From the IMG/VR virus record IMGVR_UViG_3300037743_000223, positions 1-64,000 of that record: a stretch of 64,000 nucleotides of DNA; one strand, written 5' to 3'. Below are positions 9,352 through 16,058 of this stretch, piece by piece. Source of the DNA: a virus. Positions within the stretch are counted from its first letter, which is position 1. Each line of letters begins with the position of its first letter. The notes beneath the pieces were generated by a model. It saw only the letters and a list, made by a program, of their open reading frames with translations, was not told where the DNA came from and did not search any database. A program made the translations under genes and the position numbers.

Positions 9352-10145
9352 TGAGCACCGAACGGCTGGCCCGGGACCTGGCCAGGAAGGTGGCGGCGAC
9401 GCCATCCGTCACTGGGCTCGGGCTGCACATGTGCACCCTGCTCACCTGGGACCCGTCCACGCTGACCGGCAGCGTCGACCTGGACGGGACGGTGCTGTCG
9501 GATTTGCCGATCGAGTCGGCGACCGACGCGTTCAGCTGGACGCCGGGTGAGACGGTGCTGGTCCACTCCTGGCATCCACCAGATGGTCACAAGCGCCGCG
9601 GGTTCGGGTCGTACTGGATCCGCGGTCGGCTGTTCCGCCCGGGTGCCGAGAACGCGGCCAAGGTGCTGGATGCGTTGCGGAACAGCTTCGCCTCTCAGAT
9701 CAGTGCGGAGGTGTTCGGCGACCGGATCCACACGGCGACGGTCGCCGCCCTAGAGACCACCGCCAGCGACACCTTCGTCGACCTGGACACGGTCGGACCG
9801 ACGGTCCCCGATGTGGAGATAGTCGCCGGGATAGCGGTCGTGCTGCTGAACTGCGGCGGGCAGGTGTCCGCACCCACCGGGATCGGCTCCGAAACCCAGT
9901 ACCTGGGGGTGGCGGTGTCCGGTGCCACCACCCGTGCCGCCACCACCGCCGACTCGTACGCGCTGCAGGTGATCAACCACAACGTCGACGGTGTCAACCA
10001 CTCGATCGGCGCGCGAGCTGGGATCGCGGTCCCGCTGACCGGGCTGAACCCGGGCACCCACACCTTCACGGCCAAGTACCGGATCGGCTTCTCCGGGGAG
10101 ACGGGCAGCTTCTACGACCGGACGATGATCGTCATAGCCCTTTGA
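9351..10145 (+). CDS. minor tail protein (possible tail fibre or receptor-binding protein)
   Basis: ATG 9351 overlaps previous stop (ATGA); last gene of the tail block before the endolysin. Confidence 0.45.
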   Translation: MSTERLARDLARKVAATPSVTGLGLHMCTLLTWDPSTLTGSVDLDGTVLSDLPIESATDAFSWTPGETVLVHSWHPPDGHKRRGFGSYWIRGRLFRPGAENAAKVLDALRNSFASQISAEVFGDRIHTATVAALETTASDTFVDLDTVGPTVPDVEIVAGIAVVLLNCGGQVSAPTGIGSETQYLGVAVSGATTRAATTADSYALQVINHNVDGVNHSIGARAGIAVPLTGLNPGTHTFTAKYRIGFSGETGSFYDRTMIVIAL

Positions 10146-10201
10146 CATCCTCTCCGACTCCTGTCCGGACCATTCGGCTGACCCTTGAAAGGGGGTTGAC
10201 C

Positions 10202-11161
10202 ATGCGACTGCTGTGGCTGGTGGATGTGCTCCGCGCGGCGGGGCTGACCGTGCGGGAATACGACGGGTGGCGCACCCGCGGGTCCGAGACGTGGGGGCCG
10301 CTAACCGGGGTGATCTGTCACGCCACTGCCGGCTCCCGCACCTCCACCGACGCCGGGGAGACCCGCACCCTGTGGGTGACCGGCTCCACCTCCGCGCCGG
10401 TGCCGATCTCCCAGCTCTACCTGAGCAGGTCCGGCGAGTGGACGGTGGGCGCGTCGGGCAGGTGCAACCACGTGGCGTTCCGGGATGTCCGGCCCAGCTC
10501 GCCACTGGCCGGCTCGGGCAACTCGCAGCTAATCGGGGTCGAGGCGCAGAACGACAACCGCGGCGAACCCTGGTCGGCCCGGATGCTCGACAGCTACCAG
10601 ATAGGAGCGGCGGCGATCTGCGCCCGGATGGGCTGGGAGGCGTGGCGGGTGCTCGGCCACGCCGAACACCAGGCCGGCAAGTCTGACCCGCTGGGCGTGG
10701 ACATGGATGCGTTTCGCCGCCGGGTGGCGGCACTGCTGGAGGGAGACGACGTGAGCTGGAGTGAGCGACTGACCTTGCCCGCGTGGGTGGTGGAGCTGTG
10801 GGGCGACAAGGACGGAGTGGCCACCGCCGGTGGGCTGCTGACCTCCGGGTACGGGCACGCCCGGTCGGTCAACGACCGGTCCAAGACGATGCTGACCGAG
10901 CAGCGGGCCGGGTTCGCCGCGGTCCTCGCCAAGTTGGCCGGTGAGGACGTGGCCGCGACGGTGCAGGGGCTGCTGGAGGCGGCGGCCGTGCGGGAGCGGG
11001 CCGAGCGGCAGGCCGAGCAGGCGGCGCTGGCGGCCACGCTCGCCGACGGGGTGTTGGCCGGGCTGCGGGAGCAGCTGGGCGAGGTGGCCGATGAGCGGCT
11101 GGTGGCCGCCGCCGAGGCCGGGGTGCGGTCCGCGCTGCGCCGCGGGGTGGGCGAGAGCTGA
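10202..11161 (+). CDS. endolysin, N-acetylmuramoyl-L-alanine amidase (PGRP/amidase_2-like)
   Basis: ATG 10202 after AAAGGGGG; motifs VICHATAG and LGHAEH..GKSDP typical of Zn amidase_2; located after tail genes. Confidence 0.8.
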   Translation: MRLLWLVDVLRAAGLTVREYDGWRTRGSETWGPLTGVICHATAGSRTSTDAGETRTLWVTGSTSAPVPISQLYLSRSGEWTVGASGRCNHVAFRDVRPSSPLAGSGNSQLIGVEAQNDNRGEPWSARMLDSYQIGAAAICARMGWEAWRVLGHAEHQAGKSDPLGVDMDAFRRRVAALLEGDDVSWSERLTLPAWVVELWGDKDGVATAGGLLTSGYGHARSVNDRSKTMLTEQRAGFAAVLAKLAGEDVAATVQGLLEAAAVRERAERQAEQAALAATLADGVLAGLREQLGEVADERLVAAAEAGVRSALRRGVGES

Positions 11162-11164
11162 CCG

Positions 11165-11386
11165 GTGTCGACTGCCGAGCTGGTGCCGCTGCTCGCCGAG
11201 GGAGGCATCCTCGGTGCGGTCATCTGGGCCATGATCGTGCTGCACCGGTCGGCCATAACCGCTCACAAACAGCGCGCCGACGAGTGGCAGGCGGCCTACC
11301 AGGCTGAGCGGGCGCTGTCCGCCGAACAGGCCCGGCAGCTGGCGCATGTGCTCGGCGGGATGCGGGACCCGGCGGAGGCGGCATGA
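11165..11386 (+). CDS. small membrane protein of lysis cassette (1 TM)
   Basis: GTG 11165 three nt after endolysin stop; hydrophobic segment GGILGAVIWAMIVL. Confidence 0.5.
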   Translation: MSTAELVPLLAEGGILGAVIWAMIVLHRSAITAHKQRADEWQAAYQAERALSAEQARQLAHVLGGMRDPAEAA

Positions 11387-11556
11387 GACTGTGGAGGCGG
11401 CGGGCGCAGGGCGGGGAGCAGCAGCAGGCGAGGCATGCCCGGCGGGATGCTGAGCGGCGGCTGCGGGAGACCCGCCGGCAGTGGCCACAGGTGAACCAGG
11501 CCCGGGACCAGTTGGCGGCGATCGTGGAGCAGGCGCTCCGCGGCGGGCGGTCCTGA
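11383..11556 (+). CDS. small Arg-rich protein (57 aa), lysis cassette
   Basis: Not in ORF track (under 60 aa); ATGA overlaps at both ends (11383 and 11556); high GC3. Confidence 0.4.
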   Translation: MRLWRRRAQGGEQQQARHARRDAERRLRETRRQWPQVNQARDQLAAIVEQALRGGRS

Positions 11557-11867
11557 TGCCGCCGGCATTTCAGGTGGTCCTGGCCGCCGAGCTGCTGGTG
11601 GCGTTGGTCGCCGCCGGCGTGTTCATGGCGCTGCACGGCCGCGGGTCGTGGTGGCGGCTGCCCGACGGCCGGCCGGACCGGGCGGGCCGGCAGCTCATGT
11701 GGGCGGCCGGGGTGGTCGCGGCCGAGACGCTGGTGCTGCTGCTGGTGCTGCTGGGGCTGCGCCCGCCATGGCCGGCGCTGGTCGGCGTCTACGCCGCGAT
11801 GGACTTGGTGATGATCCGGTGGGTGATCCTGCGGTGGATCACCCGGAGCCGAAGGAGCAGATCGTGA
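11556..11867 (+). CDS. holin-like membrane protein (about 3 TM)
   Basis: ATG 11556 overlaps previous stop; three hydrophobic helices then an Arg-rich tail. Confidence 0.5.
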   Translation: MPPAFQVVLAAELLVALVAAGVFMALHGRGSWWRLPDGRPDRAGRQLMWAAGVVAAETLVLLLVLLGLRPPWPALVGVYAAMDLVMIRWVILRWITRSRRSRS

Positions 11868-11869
11868 TC

Positions 11870-12121
11870 ATGACACCGGTACGTGAGCAGGTGAAGGCGA
11901 TCGCGGCCGGTGCGGGTGCCGGGCTCGCATCGGTGGCCACGGCGCTGGTCGACGGGCAGATCACCCCGCTGGAGTGGGTGATCGCCGCCGGGCTGGCGGT
12001 GGCCGCCTACCAGGCGGTGTTCTGGACACCCCAGCCGGCGCCACTACCGACGCTCACCGCGACCGAGCTCCGGGGCATGGCGGACCGGGCGGCCAGGCAG
12101 GAACGGGAAGCGCCACGGTGA
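11870..12121 (+). CDS. holin-like membrane protein (2 TM)
   Basis: ATG 11870 after GAAGGAG 11851-11857; Ala/Gly-rich hydrophobic segments. Confidence 0.5.
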   Translation: MTPVREQVKAIAAGAGAGLASVATALVDGQITPLEWVIAAGLAVAAYQAVFWTPQPAPLPTLTATELRGMADRAARQEREAPR

Positions 12122-12387
12122 GCCCCGCCACGTACCGGAAGCGGCCGGTGGAGATCCAGGCCGTCCAGTGGACCGGCAGCAACCTGGACGAAATCGCGGC
12201 CCTGGCCGGGGATGAGTGGATCAAGAGCGTGGCGCCCAACCCACCAGGCGATGACCTGATCGTGGACACCCTGGAGGGCGAGATGCGCTGCCGCCCCGGC
12301 TGGTGGCTGATCCGCGGTCTGCGTGGCGAGTTCTACCCGTGCGAGCCGGAGATCTTCGCCGCCTCGTACGAGTTGGTGGCGCGGTGA
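12118..12387 (+). CDS. hypothetical phage protein
   Basis: GTGA overlap at 12118; soluble 89 aa protein (YRKRPVEIQAVQWTG...). Confidence 0.55.
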   Translation: MSPATYRKRPVEIQAVQWTGSNLDEIAALAGDEWIKSVAPNPPGDDLIVDTLEGEMRCRPGWWLIRGLRGEFYPCEPEIFAASYELVAR

Positions 12388-12617
12388 GCCCGGCGACCCG
12401 CTGGCGGATCGCGTTTCTGGGCCTGACCGGGCTGGTGATCGGAATGGAGTTGTTCGCCGCCTGTGACGGCAGCGCCGACACCGAACCGTGGACCACGCTG
12501 ATCGTGCGGCACGTCCCCGGTGAGGTGACCGCCGCGCTGATCGGCGCGCTCAGCCTGTGGCTGGTGGTCCACTTCGCGCTGGCGTACCGGCGCAAGCGCC
12601 GGCGGGCCGCGAGATAA
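12384..12617 (+). CDS. small membrane protein (2 TM)
   Basis: GTGA overlap at 12384; two hydrophobic helices, basic C-terminus. Confidence 0.5.
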   Translation: MSPATRWRIAFLGLTGLVIGMELFAACDGSADTEPWTTLIVRHVPGEVTAALIGALSLWLVVHFALAYRRKRRRAAR

Positions 12618-12642
12618 TGGGACCTGAGCAAAGGAGAACGCA

Positions 12643-12858
12643 ATGCGTAAGTTGATCATCGTGTTGGCGCTGGTCGTCGCCGGCGTCGGTGCCGCGGCCA
12701 GCCCGGCGCACGCCGACCCGATCACCTGCCCGCCCGGCCAGGAGGCCACGGCCAATCCCAGCGAGGGCGGCTGGATGTGCGTCAACGCCGGGGGCCACGG
12801 CAACGAGTCCGAGGACCCGAAGAACCCGAACAAGGGCAAGGGCGACTTCCGCCCCTGA
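12643..12858 (+). CDS. small secreted protein (signal peptide, 71 aa)
   Basis: RBS AAGGAGA 12631-12637; N-terminal MRKLIIVLALVVAGVGAAASPAHA signal-like sequence. Confidence 0.6.
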   Translation: MRKLIIVLALVVAGVGAAASPAHADPITCPPGQEATANPSEGGWMCVNAGGHGNESEDPKNPNKGKGDFRP

Positions 12859-12870
12859 CCCGCAACAAGA

Positions 12871-12904
12871 TCGGCCCGACCCCCCATCACGGGGGTCGGG
12901 CCGA
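12871..12904. terminator. bidirectional hairpin terminator between convergent genes
   Basis: Perfect 14-bp stem TCGGCCCGACCCCC / GGGGGTCGGGCCGA with 6-nt loop, followed by TTCGTCGTT. Confidence 0.7.
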
Positions 12905-12916
12905 TTCGTCGTTGGG

Positions 12917-13357
12917 TCAGCCGGCCGCGTCGCGGCACTGGGCAGCGTTGTCCCGGTAGTCAGATGAGCCGATCTGCTCGGTCAGCCCTTCCACGTCCGC
13001 AGTGATCGCGTTCAGCTTGTCGGTCAGGTCCTCGACCGCTGCAGCGTCGTAGGCCATCCCAGCCTCGATCCCGTCGTAGATCATCATGGGCATTTCGGCG
13101 GCGATGTCGGCGAAGTCGGCGCTGAACCCCATCAGGTCCTCGGCGTCGTTCAGGGCCTTGAGGCAGACGTCCGGGATGTCGGCGACGGTGACCACGCTCG
13201 CCGGCGGGCTGGTGTCGGTGGTGGCCTCGGTGTCCTCACCGCTGGCGCCGAGGGCAATGCCGATGATCAGCGTGGCGACGGCGGTGACGATCCACGGCCA
13301 GCGGCGGCGGGGTTTCACGGGGGCGGTTGGGGTAGTGGGCTGCATGTCGATACTCAT
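12917..13357 (-). CDS. membrane-anchored hypothetical protein (moron-like)
   Basis: 146 aa, N-terminal TM (WPWIVTAVATLIIGIALGA) then acidic domain; first leftward gene after the lysis cassette. Confidence 0.55.
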   Translation of the reverse strand: MSIDMQPTTPTAPVKPRRRWPWIVTAVATLIIGIALGASGEDTEATTDTSPPASVVTVADIPDVCLKALNDAEDLMGFSADFADIAAEMPMMIYDGIEAGMAYDAAAVEDLTDKLNAITADVEGLTEQIGSSDYRDNAAQCRDAAG

Positions 13358-13439
13358 GGTCTACTGCTCTCTGGTCGGGTGGCGGGTCCTGTCCGCCACT
13401 CGGCCCCCGCCCGCCGGAGCGGGTGAGGGCCGGGCAGCG

Positions 13440-13733
13440 TCAGGCGTCTAGAAGCCGGTCGATCTCGGCCAGCCGCGCGACCAGCTGAGCCCGCTCAGCG
13501 CGCAGGCTGTCCAGGTCCGGGGCGTCAGCCTCGGTGACCGTCGCTCCGGCAGACCGGGCGAAGTCCACGGCGCCGGACGCCTGGAAGTCTCCGTCGTCCA
13601 CTCGGACGGTCCACAGCCGGCTGCCGGGGTCGTAGGTGGCGATGTCGCCGTGCCGGGCGGCGAGCCGCCTCAGCTCGCCGACGATCTTGGTGAAGCGGCT
13701 GCTGCCGCTCGCGTCGATCTGGTAGGTCCTCAT
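13440..13733 (-). CDS. hypothetical protein (97 aa)
   Basis: ATG 13733 (MRTYQIDASG...); upstream part of ORF 13440-13979 looks non-coding; start codon lies inside a 22-bp inverted repeat. Confidence 0.55.
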   Translation of the reverse strand: MRTYQIDASGSSRFTKIVGELRRLAARHGDIATYDPGSRLWTVRVDDGDFQASGAVDFARSAGATVTEADAPDLDSLRAERAQLVARLAEIDRLLDA

Positions 13734-13847
13734 ACCAGTAGCGTAGCAGCGCACGATGCCAGGCACCAGGGATATCCGGGTGATGTACGTCACAGCGTGT
13801 GCTGTCGGGTGCAGCCTAGAATCCCGCGCTGCTACGCTACTGGTATG
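13731..13847. repeat. perfect 22-bp inverted repeat (13731-13752 / 13826-13847) containing both divergent start codons
   Basis: CATACCAGTAGCGTAGCAGCGC and its exact reverse complement; each arm reads TACGCT-N6-ATG towards its gene. Confidence 0.9.
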
Positions 13848-14108
13848 ACCCAGACGACCGAGCTGGTCGGCAACGCCGCCGCTGCCGCCCACATCGGTGT
13901 GGCGCCGTCCACCTGGCGCTCCTGGGTGCAACGCGGCTACGCCCCCGCCCCCATCCGCCGCCAGATCCGCGGCGGCCACGCCCTACCAGTGTGGGACCGG
14001 GCCGAGGTGGACCAGTGGCAGGCGTCCCGCCGCGGCCAGGGCTGGGCCCGCGGCACCACCCGACCTCGGTCTAGCGGTGTGCGCGAGGGCCGGGAAGGGA
14101 CGCCGTAG
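13845..14108 (+). CDS. excisionase/AlpA-type helix-turn-helix DNA-binding protein
   Basis: ATG 13845; AAHIGVAPSTWRSWVQRGYAP...VWDRAEVDQW resembles the Xis/MerR-type HTH_17 fold. Confidence 0.6.
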   Translation: MTQTTELVGNAAAAAHIGVAPSTWRSWVQRGYAPAPIRRQIRGGHALPVWDRAEVDQWQASRRGQGWARGTTRPRSSGVREGREGTP

Positions 14109-14281
14109 CACCCCTGATCGCAGCTACCGGTAAGGCCGCAACGGAGCCCGGCCCCCGCACCCGGACACCGTAACTCGACCGGCCGACGGCCACCAGCCCG
14201 CCGGCTGTCCGGAACCCGACAGACAGGGGGGGCGGTCCGTCTCCCCCCTCGCGGAGACGGACCGCCCACGGATGGCCCGGG

Positions 14282-15226
14282 TCAGGTGGTGAAGCGCACC
14301 CGGCGGCGCCTGGCAGCCAGGTAGAGCCCGCCGCCGACGACGGCAGCCAGGCTGCCCCCGGTCAGCAGCAGCGGCAGCGCGGCACCGGTGACCGGCAGCC
14401 CCCCGGCCTCCCCGTCGTTCGAGCCGTCGTCATCCCCGCCGGGTGCGGCGGCGATGACGCACAGCGGCAGGAACCCGTCCCCGCCGGCCACCAGCTCGGC
14501 CAGCCGTACCCCACCGGCGGCCAGCCCGTTCACCCGGCCCAGATCATCGACAGAGCTGAACGGGCGCAGGGCGATGATCTGGGCGGCCCGGTCCGGGCCG
14601 ACATGCCGCAGCATCTGCAGTGTCTCCGCGTCTGCGGCGTTCACGTCCACGCACTCCGGCGGCTCCGGGTCGGCCGGGGCGGCCAGGGTGCAGGTCGCGG
14701 CGGCGTCGCCGAGCGCGGCCAGCTCCGCCTCGTCGACCGTCAGCGACCACTCTGTCTTGACCTGGACATAGACGGTCACGTAGCCGCAGGCTGCCGGCCC
14801 GTGTGGCGGTAGCCACTCGGCAGCGTCGTCGTCGCCCTTGCTGGCGTTCAGGTTGTCGGTCATCAGCCACAGATTCGCGGCAGTCGAGCCGAACTCGTCC
14901 CGCTGCGCCGCGGTCCAGCCGTCGGCGCCGGAGTCCCACGCCTCCGCGAGGGCGACGATGTGGTCCACATCCACCTCGCCCGCATCGGCGTAGCACTGGT
15001 CGTCGGCGGCCGAGTAGAAGCCGCACGCCTGCTCCCCGGCGGCCAGCACGGCGTCCCGGTCCGGGTCGCCGAACAGGTCCCGGTCGTACCCGGCGCGGTC
15101 CGCCTCGGCGGCCACGGTAAGGCTGGCGATGTCGCCGGCCAGGTCGGCCTGCGCCGGCCCGGCGAGTGTGAGCGTTCCGCCGGCCACGCCGAACGCGACC
15201 GCCACCGCCCATGTCCTGATCTTCAC
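14282..15226 (-). CDS. secreted, LPXTG-anchored HNH (DUF1524-like) nuclease with ComEA-type helix-hairpin-helix domain
   Basis: GTG 15226; signal peptide; VDVDHIVALAEAWDSGA...NLNASKGDDDAAEWLPP; VDVNAADAETLQMLRHVGPDRAAQIIALRP; C-terminal LPVTG plus TM plus RRRR. Confidence 0.7.
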   Translation of the reverse strand: MKIRTWAVAVAFGVAGGTLTLAGPAQADLAGDIASLTVAAEADRAGYDRDLFGDPDRDAVLAAGEQACGFYSAADDQCYADAGEVDVDHIVALAEAWDSGADGWTAAQRDEFGSTAANLWLMTDNLNASKGDDDAAEWLPPHGPAACGYVTVYVQVKTEWSLTVDEAELAALGDAAATCTLAAPADPEPPECVDVNAADAETLQMLRHVGPDRAAQIIALRPFSSVDDLGRVNGLAAGGVRLAELVAGGDGFLPLCVIAAAPGGDDDGSNDGEAGGLPVTGAALPLLLTGGSLAAVVGGGLYLAARRRRVRFTT

Positions 15227-15459
15227 TCCTGCGCTCCTGTCTCGGCCGCCGCGGCGGCCGGATGTAGTCCACGTCGGTCCGACCCGTCGTCGTAGACCGT
15301 CCACGGCGTCGGCTCCGGCTCCCCGGGTCGGACCGGCCGGCCCATCGCAGCCAGCGCCAGCTCGATGTCCCGGTAGGTGTCGGTGTGCGCCACCCGGCCG
15401 TGGGGCGTGATGTAGCTGATCTGCCAGTGATCTGGTCTGCGCTGCCCGTCCGGGTCCAC
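15223..15459 (-). CDS. hypothetical protein (78 aa) coupled to the nuclease gene
   Basis: GTG 15459 with GGAGGAG 6 nt upstream; GTGA overlap with nuclease start. Confidence 0.5.
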   Translation of the reverse strand: MDPDGQRRPDHWQISYITPHGRVAHTDTYRDIELALAAMGRPVRPGEPEPTPWTVYDDGSDRRGLHPAAAAAETGAQE

Positions 15460-15518
15460 CGGCGCTCCTCCAGCTGCTGTCGGAAGATCGAAGCCCTTCC
15501 GCTGGCTCCGCTGAATGT

Positions 15519-15556
15519 GTCCGGCCCCGGTCAGCCCGAGCTGTCCGGGGCCGGAC
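15519..15556. repeat. 12-bp perfect hairpin/palindrome in divergent intergenic region
   Basis: GTCCGGCCCCGG (15519-15530) pairs with CCGGGGCCGGAC (15545-15556), 14-nt loop. Confidence 0.6.
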
Positions 15557-15685
15557 GGTGGATGGTGCTCCCGACCTCACGCCGGCCGGAACATGGTGGG
15601 TGCGGACCCGGCCCGGTCGGCTCCCGCAGGCCCCGTTCCCCTCGGATTTGAGGGTGCCGGGCCGAGTCCGCTGGCCACCTGCCCA

Positions 15686-15801
15686 GTAGCCAAACCGGGA
15701 GGCGACTCGGCAAGAGTAGAGTCACTAAGTGCGCTGAGTCAACTGGGCGCTTGCACCACGGGAGGGGGTGTCACCAGGATGGGCGGTAGCCAAACCGGGA
15801 G
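15686..15801 (+). repeat. 16-bp direct repeat GTAGCCAAACCGGGAG, two copies exactly 100 bp apart
   Basis: Copies at 15686-15701 and 15786-15801, flanking the 5' end of the GntR-type gene. Confidence 0.85.
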
Positions 15802-16033
15802 TGACACCTTGACGCGCCGTATGACCGGCCGCCAGATCGCGGATGACCTGGATGCCCGTATCCGTTCGGGCGAGTACCGGGTCGGCGAACAGCTGCTGTT
15901 CGCCGACCTGACGACGCTGTACCAGACCAGCCGGGCGACTATCCAGCGGGCCATGTCCCTGCTGGAGGACCGCGGTCTGGTCGAGTACCAGCCCGGCCGG
16001 GGCCGTTACGTCCGGGAGGACCACCCGGTCTGA
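15779..16033 (+). CDS. GntR-family winged-HTH regulator (HTH domain only; KorA/TraR-like by context)
   Basis: RQIADDLDARIRSGEY..GEQLL..DLTTLYQTSRATIQRAMSLLEDRGLVEYQPGRGRYV matches the GntR wHTH pattern; start 15779 (or 15821) uncertain. Confidence 0.7.
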   Translation: MGGSQTGSDTLTRRMTGRQIADDLDARIRSGEYRVGEQLLFADLTTLYQTSRATIQRAMSLLEDRGLVEYQPGRGRYVREDHPV

Positions 16034-16058
16034 CCCGCCGACCAGCGTGACCCCTGGC

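Noticed and set aside
16031-16053. Two TGACCC motifs in the 25-bp gap between the GntR-type and translocase genes, considered as TraB recognition repeats (clt)
   Set aside because: There are only two short copies, which is not distinguishable from chance in this GC-rich DNA.
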